From: Eledone cirrhosa
Taxonomy: Eukaryota
Assembly: GCA_964016885.1 (NCBI GenBank)
Contig: OZ024742.1
Coordinates: 257,672,001-257,736,000 of the forward strand
Direction: 5' to 3'
DNA length: 64,000 nt
Both the position numbers and the translations under genes were made by a program. The notes under the pieces were generated by a model. That model saw nothing but the letters and a program-made list of their open reading frames with translations, was not told the DNA's origin and did no database searches. Positions 51,507-64,000 of the stretch are shown here, piece by piece. Within the stretch, counting starts at the first letter, position 1. The number at the start of each line of letters is the position of its first letter.

Positions 51507-53660
51507 ATGCGAAAACACAACATTGACTTCTCTACCAAGAACATCCCAATCCCACCAAAAAAACTTTACCTTCGGATGCTCACGCAAAAAATTGATCTAT
51601 TTGCGAAAAGACTTAGATGGAGAACTTTTTTCTATGACAGATATTGCGACAACCAAGACTTCGGCACCAAGGAGAGATTCGGATTTATTACCTACAAATC
51701 TCCGCCCCTGAACCCCTTGCTCGCACCCTTCGAGAATGACCTCTTCCAACTGGTCAAGAACATTAAATTTAAACCCAGACACAACCGATTCCTACAAAAA
51801 CTCCGTAGCAACCTAACAGAGTATGATAACACAAATGACATCATGGTGCATTCGGATAAAACTGGGAACCTATACTTTGTCAACCCTGACAGATACCACA
51901 CACTGATCAGGAGCAGCCTAAACTCCACCTATAAAAAGGCCAACCACTCTTGTATCGAGGACATAAATCGAGATGGACAACAAATCACCTCCAGCCTCGG
52001 GGTCGCCGACCGCACGGAACCTCTAGACCCACGGACACCATACTTCACACTGAAGGACCATAAATCCGATTTTGACCGTAAACCCTCCATCAGGCTTATT
52101 AACCCAACGAAGTCCGACATAGGGAGAATCAGCAAAAAAATCCTAGACCGCGTGATACCAAAAGTCAAGCAACACACCCGACTTAGCCTATGGATCAACA
52201 CCCAGGAAGTAATCTCCTGGTTCAGCAATATGGAGGATAAACGAGAAACTAAATTCATACAGTTCGACATAGAGAGCTACTATGCTTCAATCACCTTACC
52301 GCTACTTACTGCCGCCTTGGACTTCGCCGAAACACTCGTGCCCATCACCGACCAGGAAAGAAAAATCATCCTCCACGCCAGGAAGACAGTCTTACTCTTT
52401 GACAACTCTAAATGGATAAAAAGAGCTCCTGACTCACCCTTCGACGTCAGCATGGGCGCCACGGATTCGGCGGAGGTCACTGATCTTATAGGATTATTCC
52501 TAATAGCCAAACTCACTGATATGTTTCCTGCATTCGGTGGTGGATTGTACCGTGATGATGGGCTCCTTACCCTTAAAGGGTACAACCCCAGTAGTACAGA
52601 TCGGGTCCGGAAACAATTAATCAGATTCTTCCGCGACTGGGGATTTAAAATAACCCTACAAACGTCCCTGACCCGAGTAAACTTCCTGGACGTAACCCTC
52701 GATCTCGAAAACGACCTGTACTACCCATACAGGAAACCTAATGACAATCTGCACTACATCCACCGCCGATCAAACCATCCTAGGAACATCACAAACAACC
52801 TGGTCAAAAACATCTCCCTCCGCATATCCCGTTTGTCAGCTAATGAGCGGATATTCGATGAACATGCGCCTTATTACAATCAGGCCCTCAAGCGGAGTGG
52901 TTTCCGGGAGGAAATATCCTACTGCCCAGCTCCCATTAGCGGAACCAGCAGGAGACACCGCCGCTCACGCAATGTAACATGGTTCAATCCTCCCCACAAC
53001 GCAGAGGTGACTACTCCCATCGGGAAACTATTCTTTAGGCTCATTGAAAAACACTTCCCATTACAACACCGCTACCACAACATAATTAACAAAAATACCA
53101 TCAAACTCTCTTACAGCACTACACCAAACTTCGCACAAAACATCGTCTCCTCTAACAACAAAAAACTCAACCCCGATGGCAGAAATAACCTAATTAGCAG
53201 TGGAGAACCGACCAGGAGGTGTAACTGCCCGGATAGATCTATTTGCCCACTCGACAATAGATGCAGAGACCGTAATGTGATCTACCAGTGCAACGTGAGG
53301 ACGGATACCTCCAACAAAGCCTATATAGGACTTACCGCATGTGACTTCAAGACCCGGCTATACCAACATAGACATACCTTCCGAAACCCGGCCCGGCGTC
53401 ACGCCACTACACTTTCGGGCCACATATGGGACCTCAAGGACAACAACATCACCTATGATCTCACTTGGAGATTACTGTCCAGAGCCAATTCTTACACGGG
53501 AGGACGCCGTCCGTGCAATTTATGCTCGGAGGAAACTTTACAAATGCTGTTTTCGACGGACCAACTCCTAAACAAGAAAGATGAACTGGTTACTGCATGT
53601 AAACATAGATTGCGTAGGACTTACCTCGCCCTCAAACCCCATAATGACCCGGGGGGGTAG
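51507..53660 (+). CDS. PLE reverse transcriptase + GIY-YIG endonuclease (first ATG at 51507; frame open from 51360)
   Basis: SDKTGN, TLKDHK, RLINP, FIQFDIESYYASI, MGATDS, GLYRDDGL, VNFLDVTLDL, YRKP, SNHP, linker CNCPDRSIC, VIYQ...AYIGLT..FKTRLYQH. No stops. Confidence 0.93.
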   Translation: MRKHNIDFSTKNIPIPPKKLYLRMLTQKIDLFAKRLRWRTFFYDRYCDNQDFGTKERFGFITYKSPPLNPLLAPFENDLFQLVKNIKFKPRHNRFLQKLRSNLTEYDNTNDIMVHSDKTGNLYFVNPDRYHTLIRSSLNSTYKKANHSCIEDINRDGQQITSSLGVADRTEPLDPRTPYFTLKDHKSDFDRKPSIRLINPTKSDIGRISKKILDRVIPKVKQHTRLSLWINTQEVISWFSNMEDKRETKFIQFDIESYYASITLPLLTAALDFAETLVPITDQERKIILHARKTVLLFDNSKWIKRAPDSPFDVSMGATDSAEVTDLIGLFLIAKLTDMFPAFGGGLYRDDGLLTLKGYNPSSTDRVRKQLIRFFRDWGFKITLQTSLTRVNFLDVTLDLENDLYYPYRKPNDNLHYIHRRSNHPRNITNNLVKNISLRISRLSANERIFDEHAPYYNQALKRSGFREEISYCPAPISGTSRRHRRSRNVTWFNPPHNAEVTTPIGKLFFRLIEKHFPLQHRYHNIINKNTIKLSYSTTPNFAQNIVSSNNKKLNPDGRNNLISSGEPTRRCNCPDRSICPLDNRCRDRNVIYQCNVRTDTSNKAYIGLTACDFKTRLYQHRHTFRNPARRHATTLSGHIWDLKDNNITYDLTWRLLSRANSYTGGRRPCNLCSEETLQMLFSTDQLLNKKDELVTACKHRLRRTYLALKPHNDPGG

Positions 53661-54780
53661 ACTGGGGCTATAACACCCCAGTTGCCGATTTTGCAATGGG
53701 TAACCCCTGCTTGCCAAGGAAGACGTAAGATCTTCTTTGTATTCTTTTATCGCTTCCTTTATTTCCTTCCCCCCTCTCTCCTTTGTCCTTCTACCCCAGC
53801 TCTTCTCCTTTGTCGGCGTCTTTTCTCGCCCACCCGAGGCTGCCCTTTGGCCCCATGTAGCCTTAGTACCCCCCCCCCTCCCCTAGTCTTTGATAGATTT
53901 GGTGGACTCCGCCCTTTATAGCAGTTGGCTTAGACCCCGGATACTTTCCCCCTTTTTCCGACCGCTCCCACTATTCTCTGTGCCCTCTATATTTCTTAGT
54001 GGCACTTATGCCTTATTTTTTCGTTTCAGTATTTCTTGCTTCGCTTTTCTTCTGGGCGGGGTGGATTCTGAATTTATTTCTCCGTATTCTACCTTTATTT
54101 CGTACGAACTTTCATGTAGCTTGTTTTAGATCTTTTAGAGTTAGCATTAGTATATATTTTTCCCGGGACTCAGAATTATTATCTCGTACAAGTTCACTTT
54201 GCTGCACTGGGTCGTTGCTGGCCCGGGATGGAAACCTTTATTGTTTATTTCGTGGTAGTCTCTTTAGTATTTTGGCCCCTTTTGTTGACCCGTCACCGTA
54301 TCATTTACGTACTTATACCTCTTAAAAGGGTCCTTGCCTTATCCGTCACACCTAGTTCTCTTACTTATTTCCTTATTTATTTATTTATTTATTTATTTAC
54401 TTCTTTCTTTCTTTCTTTATTTTATTCTCGCCTAACAATAGCCTGACACCTAGGTCGTTGAATTTAATTTACTTTACTTTTTCTTTTTTTTTTCTTTTTC
54501 TTTACACTTATTTGCTTTTCTTCACTCTCAGTATTTTTTCTTTCCTATTTCTACCCCCCATTGTTCTACCTACCGTTCCGACTTCCTCCCCCTCCCCCTC
54601 CCCTGTATCTTCTTTGACCTCATGCCCAGCTGTAGCTGGCACTACCAACGCTTGATTGGGTCTACTCCACCCCCTCCCCTCTTTCTCCTACTGGCAGGTT
54701 TAGTCACCATCTCCCCTACTAATTTGCAACCACAGAATTACTACTGATTTTTGACAATCACTTTGACCATATATGGAATT

Positions 54781-54874
54781 ACCCCTTGAGAAGATCGGCT
54801 ATTTAAATACCAGGATAAATTTTCATTTAGTCCAGAATTAGCCGTCGAAACGGCTTGAGCTCAGCTGTCGGGGT
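54781..54874 (+). ncRNA. PLE pLTR hammerhead ribozyme (3' copy)
   Basis: Identical to 51228-51321. Cleavage after 54869. Confidence 0.82.
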
Positions 54875-56733
54875 CTTACTGGTTCCTATTACCCACTCTA
54901 CTACCTCAAGTATTGAGTACTTTGGTGCGTTATGGTCCACCTGGTTCCTTACCACATTTCCTTCGTTATATATATATATATGTATATATATTCACACACA
55001 TGTGTGTGTGTCTGTGTATGTGTATGTACACACACATATATATGAGCCTTCCAATTTCATTTTACATTATACACATTCTGTGTATATTGTAATTATTTAA
55101 AAATTATTTTTTAATTGATCACGATTTTTAAAAATATATACAAGCGAACGTGACCCAACCGTTCACGAGTTGTCTAGCATAAGTATATTTCAAAACTATC
55201 CTTTATTTTCTTAACTTTATTACTGCCACCATCACCACCTATTAACTTATTTTACTTCTGTACCATCATCGTCATTAAAAATACCATGCTTATAAATTAG
55301 CTTCCTATTCGCGCTAAGCACTAATTATTAATACCAGTGGTGTTGTAATACGATATTGTTATTAAAAGTCACTATTATGATTATTATAACAAAATTGCGT
55401 TTGATGTGATATTGCGTCATCTATGATAACTAAGGTATTAATAATATAATTATGATTTGCATCTTCCTTTGAGTTCTGTTTCTTTCCAAATCATGCCGAT
55501 TTTCAACCTGATACCTGAGGCAAAATTTGATAATACACACATTTCACAATCAGTTTTCACATAAATGATGCCAGAAGAGCACAGACAACTTCAAATGTCC
55601 TTGCAGAATTTGTTAATGGACCATGCCCTTCTTATGACATGGACAGTACCATTCATCACTATTTTCTGTATCTCTTGCAGCGATGGATTCCAGGTATCCG
55701 GTCCAAATATGTTTCTGTACCATTTTTTATCACTCCAAGTGCACCCACTATCAGTTTTATTGTTCAGGCCCTAAGATGCCTCATCTTATCAATTTCATTT
55801 CATAGTTATTTATACTTACTGAGTTTTCCGAACACTTTCGAAGACATGTTACGATCGAATGGAATGCTTATGTCAATTAAGAAACATGTTTCTCTTTATG
55901 GACCTTCACAATTATACCAGGTCTGTTGGTCTTGATTGTTCTGTCACTATTTACAGGGAATTCTCAGAAATGGTTGCTTTCTCCTCTCCTGTTACAACAC
56001 CTGGTTGATGGCTGCACCAATTTTCATCAATTTTCAGGCCATAAATACCTGTGTAATCCTTGCGCCACTCTACCGAGCCGCGTTATATATTCCTGGCCAT
56101 CTATTAACTTGCAGCCTGAAACCGGGTGGTTTTTGGTTTCAACATGCTCATCACATAATTGATACTTTTTGTCAGTTCCATTTCTGATCACATTGGGTTC
56201 AATGTTGCATGTCGGGAGACATTGGATTTTTCAGCTAAAATGAAGCCTTCACTCTCAGCCTAGAACTCCGCCGCTACTGCTGGGTGAGAGCTTGATCTAC
56301 ATCATGTTCTTTGCTAGGGAGAACATACTACCCATGCAGTTGTGTTTGTTCCCATTTAGTGCACAGTCTCTATCGCCCTTAATATGTTGTCAACACCTTG
56401 ATATTCCTTGTGAACTTAATTGCAGGGCCGTCATTATTATTTTCAAACAGTATTCCCAGTTCTTCCACAAACTGCCTACTTTCATTTTAGACTGAAAGTG
56501 ACCTCTTCCTCCCATCGTTAACAGCGACCATCTGTGGTTATAAGGTACTGATTGAGTCAAATGGGCGTTATCCTATATGAAATCTCTAGGTAGATCATTC
56601 CCCTAACTCGACCTTGTCTAGGGAGATAGAGGCGATGCACATCTTCCTTTGGGTGATGTATTCTATTACAGGAGAAATGTTTCCAGATTTTAATGTCCAT
56701 TCCTTTAATTTCGTTAACGTTCCAATATATAAT

Positions 56734-57227
56734 ACTAGCAGTGATCCCAGGCGTTGCACGGGATAATGTATGTTGTAACGCGGGCCGCCAACATACCTAA
56801 TCGTGTAAAAACTGTATGCCTGGACAATATGTAAATAAAATAAACCGAATACTCTGATGACTGGATAATCTTTAAGATTTTCCTCGATGAAGCAGGAAAA
56901 ATGCAGGTTCCCACCTAATGTGGGCCCTAGGGGATCAAGAAAATAATTTTTTTTTAATGTGCATAATACACCTTGATATTTCGGGAAAATCGGCTAGACG
57001 TAACGCCTAAAAAAAGCCATAAAAAGCTGAAAAAACGCAGTGTTTCGCCTAATACGGGCCTTACAGGATCAAACGTTGAATTTTTCGTGCATAATACTCC
57101 CTGAAACATAAGTAATACACATGTAAAGTTTGAAAAATATCGGTTGGATACTTCTCGAGATTTAGGGATTCAAACTCACACACATGCACACACACACACA
57201 TACATCCTCAGTTATATATATATAGAT
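56734..57227 (+). mobile_element. Non-autonomous Helitron/Helentron-like element (Lep1/HINE-type)
   Basis: Begins ACTAG..CCCAGGCGTTGCACGGG (short hairpin). Ends AAAGTTTGAAAAATATCGGTT...(CA)n...TTATATATATATAGAT, a layout typical of these elements. Confidence 0.6.
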
Positions 57228-57458
57228 TAGCATGATCAAACGCCTTTCGCCGTACCCAGACTAGTCATTTGCTATTCTCCTCAGAAGAGATTTTATCTCG
57301 AAATATCTGAACGGATGAATAAATAAATAAGGTAGGCGAAACATCTTGCTTCATCTTATTTTCTTGTTCGTCCATATCGCATAGTCGTGGTTTTCAAACT
57401 TCAAATGTTATATACCATCCAATATACTCTAAGCAAAGTACGACTTCCTCTTATATAT

Positions 57459-57588
<130 letters not shown>

Positions 57589-57690
57589 GTATATATATGT
57601 ATATATATATAAATATATATATATATATGTATATATATATTTATATATATATATAAATATATATATTTTTATATATATATATTTTATATG

Positions 57691-57735
<45 letters not shown>

Positions 57736-58804
57736 GTCTGTGTGTGCGCATGTATGTGTCAGTGTGTGCCCTACCGTGTTTATATATATAGGTAGCTATG
57801 TGTATTTGTTTGATTTGAATTTGATGAACGAAGTGAAAATTGCAACGTCAACCTTGACTTAACACATCAATTGTGATATATTTTGTTGACAAGAGAAGAG
57901 AGTAAATATACATTTGGATACTCTAACATAGATGTTTATTTTATCTTATGTTTGTATTTGCTATTTAAACGTTTGTTATCGAAACATCTATCAATCTAAG
58001 CAAATATACTGGTTATAAACGTTTAGAAATACTAAATATTTGTCTTTAGAAAATAAATTGAAATACAATTAAATTTGAAGAATCTTAAAATTCGAAGTTG
58101 TTTTTCCCCTTTCGTATTACTAAGAAAAGACACTGTCTGATATTCCAATAATGTTGAAAATATGTTTCGTGGGATTTACTAAATTAACTAACGTTTTGAT
58201 TATTAAACAATTGTTTAAACATAGATTATAATGTGAAATGTTTAACTAGATATATATATTCTAATATATTCTTCACAATATCACTAATGAAAGAAACTAT
58301 AAGAGATGTCCATATCATTTTGAAAATAATAAAATATTTGAGGGGCTTAGTAATTCTTTATTCGTTTGGTATGTGGACCAAAACGTAACAATTCCTACAC
58401 AATTTATGACGCAAATTCTAAATAAATAAAAACATTTCACAATTAACAGTTTTCAATCGTAGAATCTGGGATGGACTCTGCCGATTGCGGGGGGGTGGGG
58501 GTATCTGAATTGTTTAAGTATATGCTTTAAGTGTATGCCAATCGGTAATAAAAAATAAACAAGAGGAAACCTGGGATTATATGGAGTAAAGATTTATTTT
58601 TCATATCAGGCACTTACAATGAATTATCAGAATTAATATTCTCAATAAGCAATAAATAGGCCCAGATAGTGTTGTGTGATTAAGGAGATCCTCCACATTC
58701 ATGTGTTTATGAGTTCAAACCCACAGCCCGCTGAATGATATCGAAAGAATTGTAATATGCGCTGGATTAAAAGGTGAGACGGAAGGATTTCTATTTGCAG
58801 TGCA

Positions 58805-58839
<35 letters not shown>

Positions 58840-58840
<1 letters not shown>

Positions 58841-59700
58841 TGTTATACTTGGGGAGGGTCATATTTGTGTAATATTGCCAGAATTAATAACAGAACACAC
58901 TCACTGTTTGGTTAGTTTTCGCTTTTCGCTTCTGTGTCTTTTATATCGGTAATCTAATTTACTCCGTCCTCAATGTTGCCATTGACTGACCAACGGTCAA
59001 AAATAATACAGATACAATATACACACAAACTCATATATATAGTTTATCAAAGTTCTTTCGTTGCACATCTGCAAAACGTCAGTGGTGCTATTGTTTCCTC
59101 CCGTTGCATTGTATTTTCTACGCCATCTTTATTTAGTCTGTTTGTATATTTATTTATTGGTTTATTTTATTTTGTCTTCTTTGCGCATGCGTTTGCGTGT
59201 GTGTATAGTGTTTTGTTTGATCTGTGTTGGTGATTGGGTGACTGTGTATTGGTTAATGTATTCTATCTTTACTAGTGTGTGTTTTTATGTGTTTGTTGTT
59301 ATGTGCTTGTGTGTATATGTATTTATTTATTTATCTATTTATTTATTTATACTTCTCTTAGGTCAGTGTTGTTTGTTTGGGTGTTGTTGATATTCCATTT
59401 ATTCTTTCTGTTTAGCCTTGGCCTTCAAAGTTCTATTTCACTGGCCTCTCTGATTTGCCTATCTGCTGGGTCATTTCTATGTTTAGATATTATTCTAATT
59501 TCTATGTTGTCTATGTTACCGTCGTGTTGTTGTCTGGCATGTTGGTATAGTACTGAACCGTTTTTTCGTCCTTTTAGTTCCCCCCAGAGTTGGTCTCTCC
59601 TCTCACCTATGCTACGAGCTGTCTCGCCTATGTATGTTGTTGTCATGTTTCTGCAAGTACCCTCTGTGAATTTTATGCTATAGACTACATTTCTATAATA
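58840..59700 (-). mobile_element. 5'-truncated PLE of a second family (GIY-YIG C-terminus + 3' UTR)
   Basis: Minus strand NVVYSI...TYIGETARSIGERR...HARQQH...RQIREASEI (59425-59690). The 3' end abuts (TA)n. Decayed HHR-like motif at ~59045-59088. Confidence 0.7.
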
Positions 59701-59769
59701 TTAGAACCGTATTTTTGTAGTCCTGCAGTAGTTATTTTATAAGTGTCTCTAGCTCTATAGAAGGTAAAA

Positions 59770-60500
59770 TCCAATCAAATCTTAGCTATGCATACGATCT
59801 GGCCATCATGATTTACTCTAGAACTGGTCTGCAACACTCTCTGAATATACATGCCAAACATTCACTAGAGGCTGGCATACACATCACCATCTCCAATACA
59901 AGGTTTATGACAACTGATAAACACAATGCCGATCTCCACCCCACACTCTGCAACCAACAAATTGCTAAAGATACTGAGTTTGTATATCTCTGTCACAAAC
60001 TATCCTCAAATAACAATGGAATAATCACTGTGCAGTAACGTATCGCTCTAGGTTGGACAGCTTTCAACAGGAACAAGGAAGTACTAACATCTAAACGAGT
60101 TTCCTATCATTTGAAGGTTATGATATTCGATACCTACACCCTATCAGTTGTGTATGGTCTTGACTGTGTTAATTGGACGACAAGGTCACATCAGAAGTTG
60201 TCTACATTCAAGAACTACATCATGAGACTTATGATTGACAGGCCGCTCAGTGACCGTATCTGTATAAGTGGGCTGCTCAACATCCCCAGGCTTAGACAAA
60301 TCACATCGCTTACCAGGCCAGGAGTGCTTAAACTGTATGGTCATATCATAAGATCAACTCGTGGTGTGAGTAAGAGTAGCAAAGGACAAAAGCCAAAACC
60401 ATGGCTTGATAAAGTCAACTTACGTACAGGACTTGACCGCTGCTCTTTAAACTCTGCTGTTGTTGATAGAACTTTGTGGTATAATCTTTCTAAATATCAT
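59770..60500 (+). pseudogene. Old RTE-like LINE RT fragment
   Basis: Decayed motifs LSYAYDL (YADD-like), EFVYLC (FxYLG-like), RIALGWTAF, LYGHIIR. Confidence 0.5.
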
Positions 60501-62666
60501 TTTGGATGGTGTCTTCTGAATGCTGCATTACTTTTCTTGATTTCCTATCTATTCAAGATAGTTCTTTTAGTATCATTATCATTGTTATTATTATCATTGG
60601 TTACAATTGTTCATGGCGATGGGTTCAATAGAATGACAAAAACAAAAAGAAAATACAGCATAGATAGTGGTTTACATCGAATAAAGGATACGTTAGACTG
60701 ATTATTAAGGTTTCACAGTAGATTAACTGACAGCTGGACCATTTCTACCTGCTCGTGATAGTAGTTGTTCGATAAAACTGTTAAGGTTGCAATGTAGGGC
60801 GAATTGATTATAGTATGCAGGGTTATTTCGCCGTCCTCATGCGTCTTCGACACTTTTGTCTCTAGCGTTTGTTTCGAACTGACAGTACTTCCCCATAGCA
60901 CAGCCATGTTAATGAATATATATATTGTCAATGCACACCAATCTGAAATTACACCACAATAGTCTGTTCAGAAAGTGCCAGTCATCCCATAGCTCCACCC
61001 AGGCCATAGTTGCTCATACGTTCTTTTCCTCGTCGGTAGATAGCAAGGTATTTTTATCAGTCGCCTATCGACTTCGTCATCTGGTAAAATTCGAGGCACA
61101 CAGACAAGGACTCAAGCGTCTTTAACAATGTATTGGCTTTCTCATCTTCGTCATACTTCTTGAAACAATATTGCAGGGGAGTTAGCTGCACACCAATAGA
61201 GATGTCATCTTTGGAAATGTGTAGCATGTGGCCTCCTTGAAGAGCTGGACGTTTCCTTTCATCAAAATGTGAAAGAATATGAGTTCCTCATTTACCGGTC
61301 AGTTTTATGTAATAGCATCTTGGCCAGAATGCTAGTGTATTACAGCACCGATATAACTCTTTATGCCCAACATTTGAAGGAGGGATTTATCTTTGCCCAC
61401 GTGAGAATGATTGGCTACACTTTTGAAACATATCACCAAACCAAATTCCAAGCGATTTAATCAAGCGACGATCGAGTGGCAAAAATGTGCTGCTGTCAGC
61501 TTACCGCTCCACGCATCGCGCTATATTCTTAATGATTTGTCCATTCTGCGGTAAGCACTTCAAAACTTCTGTTATTCTACCCGTATGTTGCTGATTACTG
61601 GTAAATATCTAGAGTCTGATGCAAGTTAACTGATGCAATAGAAGCGCATGACTCTTCTGCAACCCAGATCAAATGTCATTCCTCTTAAGGTTTCCATTCT
61701 CCACTGCAGATAACAAAGGTAATTCTTAGTGGAGAGGAGAGTGAGGGCATGGTAGCCTTACGAAGCGTTCGATATGATTTTCTTCCTATAAGTGGCAGAA
61801 TGCTACTGTACTGATTGTGTTCTGAAAATAGGACCGTAATTAACTGCTCTTAGGATAAAATACACGTAGCATTGATCGATGCTATCAACATATTTGGGTG
61901 ATCTAAATTAACCACTGCATCACTCAAGCCACGTCTACGCCTGAGCCGCACTACGATATCATACATCTGTCTCTACAACAATGATAAGAACTAACCGATT
62001 GGCAAAACATTCAACTCTTTGTTCAATACAGATACGGACCAGAGTTTCTATATCACATTCCTCTTCCTCGGCTCCTTTCTTTGTAGTGACATCATTCCCT
62101 GGCCCACACGACATGGGTGCAGAATATTTGCGGCTAGCTGCAGAATGCGACCACCTATACCGTAGCAAACTGCACTGACATATAGAAATATAACTCATAA
62201 TAAACACCATCCAATTCCTGTGATCTCACAATTCACACACTGGCTCAGCATGATCACCACATCAGCTGCTGAAATCGATTTTTTTAAGAACTTTGCATCC
62301 TTGACTGAGAGACCTGGCAGCCTGGTAAGATAACCATTTATGTCTTACGTCATAAATCAGCGACTCGACATAACAGGTTCGTTAAAGTGCTGCTGGGTAT
62401 GGGCCTATATTTGCTTCGGAATTGATTGTACTAACACTTTTCGGTTCGTTAGAGACTGAATTGCAATGTTTTGCCACTGTTTGGTTTCAATATATCGGCC
62501 CGTCGAACAACTGCGATGCTTTATATCTTAGTGCATGCAATCTTATATGGACAAATTATACCTCATTTTTCACATCAAACAAATGGTCGAGAGCCATTCA
62601 TGCCACTTGATCATCAATTGCAATACATTCTCTGCTTTCTTCTATTTGCTGAAACTCAGTAATAAT

Positions 62667-62806
62667 GATTTCTAGTATAGGCACAAGGCCAGTAATTTGG
62701 GGAGAGGGGAAAGTCGATTAAATCGACCCCAGTGCGTTACTGGTATTTTATTTTACCGACCCCGTAAGGATGAAAGGCAACGTTAACCTCTACGTGATTT
62801 GAACAC
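62667..62806 (-). mobile_element. SINE, longer variant, 5'-truncated
   Basis: Shares GGATGAAAGGCAA and GGCACAAGGCCAG with the other SINEs. Carries an extra GGGGAAAGTCGATTAAATCGACCCC segment. Confidence 0.8.
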
Positions 62807-62822
62807 ATACCATAATAATAAT

Positions 62823-63000
62823 GGTTTCTACTTTTGGCACAAGGCCAGTAATTACCCAGTACATTACTGGTACTTTATTTTATCGACCCCGTAAGGATGA
62901 AAGGCAAAGTTAACCTCGGCGGGATTTGAACTCAGACTGTAAAGGGACGTAAATATGTTAGAAAGCATGGCGTTCAACCCTCTACTGATACTGCCAATCC
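62823..63000 (-). mobile_element. SINE, same subfamily as 3645-3829, nearly full length
   Basis: Collinear with 3645-3822. Short AAT tracts on both sides. Confidence 0.88.
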
Positions 63001-63011
63001 AATAATACATT

Positions 63012-63800
63012 ATTTTATTGGCGACAAGGTCCCAAGTTATTAGGAACGATAAAGAGACAGAGTGGAATTCACAAAAAACTAAAGGAGAGTTGAAAGTGCA
63101 GGTTTTAGAATAACAACAATTGTAATATCCATGATAACAATGAAAACAAAAAAAGCATATCATTAAAGACATTATCCCCACTAGCGCCTGTGTTTACGCT
63201 TTAGGTTACTTCGAGAGAGAACACAATACAGCGCACGGATTTTCTGTTGATTTACGTTTTTAGAAAGTGCTGTATTTAGCTTTCTCTCCTGCAGAGTCAA
63301 ATTAGGCCCATTCAGATATGTTAATTTCGCCAAACTTACCCAAGTATTATAGAACTTACTAGACATGACCGCCTGCTTCTCTACCCTCAACCTCCTCCCC
63401 AGTTGCAAATCAAGGAGTTGATGAGAACGCCGTGCAGCTGCTCCCTTCCAAAGGATGTTGGTGGTTTCATTTTCACTAAACCTGGCTTATAGCTATATCT
63501 GTCTTATATTTCATTACAGGTGTTCGATTCCCATAAACACAATTGAGCGGTCAGTGGGTGATACCATGCTTCACAGTACCGTTGCTACTGGGGTATCTCG
63601 ACTTCCGTGCTTGAAGAGCTTATATCGATCCGGTAGTCCCACACACGGAAATGATTTCTGGTCAATTTCCCTCCCAATCTAAACCTCCTGCCCATTAATC
63701 CGTTTAGAATGTTCTAGTCAGTGGCTGGAGCCACTCCCACTCTTTTGTCACACCTACCTTCCGCTAATCACCAAGACAAACCATGCCTTGTTTCCCAGTC
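63012..63800 (-). mobile_element. Old Tx1-clade LINE 3' remnant (third subfamily)
   Basis: LGRRLRVEKQAVMSSKFYNTWVSLAKLTYLNGPNLTL aligns with the Tx1 C-terminus LEWRVRVEREVL...WVNVARMARVNGPTLTM. GLPDRYKLFKHGS aligns with GALPVRDNLYRHGS. Ends CCTTGTCGCCAATAAA. Confidence 0.7.
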
Positions 63801-64000
63801 ACCTATGCATTATTCAGCTGTTAAAGTGTTTTGGGCACCTGTTAAACCCCTATTTCAATATATAGCGAAATTACCAAATGAACATTCACATAGAAAAGTA
63901 TAAACTCTACATTTTCTAATTGATTCTAACTGTAAATTTGTTTTAGAACAATAAACACTATATTGCCATTGTTGAAATTTCTCATCAGATAACATTTCTT

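Larger units (their letters stand above)
48200..54969 (+). mobile_element. Penelope-like element (endonuclease-positive), intact: inverted pLTR + partial tandem pLTRs, inserted in (TA)n
   Basis: 48200-49915 is the reverse complement of 53173-54888. 49914-51416 is a direct repeat of 53467-54969 (offset ~3553). One uninterrupted RT + GIY-YIG ORF. (TA)n on both flanks. Confidence 0.95.

Noticed and set aside
51507-54700. Selenocysteine recoding, as reported for some PLEs
   Set aside because: The ORF has no in-frame TGA and ends in TAG. No SECIS was recognised.
55440-56500. Possible decayed LINE endonuclease/RT on the minus strand
   Set aside because: Motifs too degraded to call by eye.
60700-62600. 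Possible ancient LTR-retrotransposon pol remnant (ISKDDISI-like) on the minus strand
   Set aside because: No continuous frame, LTR or PBS to support it.

Overview
Eukaryotic, AT- and microsatellite-rich, repeat-saturated DNA. It is probably an octopod/cephalopod mollusc, inferred only from the tRNA-derived Nin/Deu-domain SINE and the repeat landscape. No host gene is convincingly identifiable. 1-16.7 kb is an array of retroelements joined at (TAA/ATT)n tracts: two Tx1/L1-clade LINEs (+), five R4/Dong-clade RT-RLE LINE copies or fragments of two families (-), and SINEs. Further on are a decayed Gypsy LTR element (22.2-27.5 kb), a Tc1 transposon (31.3-32.5 kb), a CR1-type LINE (42.7-47.0 kb) and an intact, young Penelope-like element (PLE; RT + GIY-YIG, 48.2-55.0 kb) inserted in (TA)n. 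The main unannotated signal is a set of type I hammerhead ribozyme (HHR) motifs, read by eye. One variant (U3-A8 core, long stem II) lies in the PLE pseudo-LTRs. Related minimal HHRs with palindromic stem III lie in at least three unrelated short non-coding families, one of them a 420-bp tandem array. These short elements sit in (TA)n, and most copy the PLE architecture (inverted arm + direct copy + 60-80 nt tail). They look like a PLE-mobilised retrozyme system. The SINE also shares its 3' terminal ~25 nt with the Tx1 LINEs, suggesting a SINE/LINE partnership. Coordinates were counted by hand and element boundaries are approximate.
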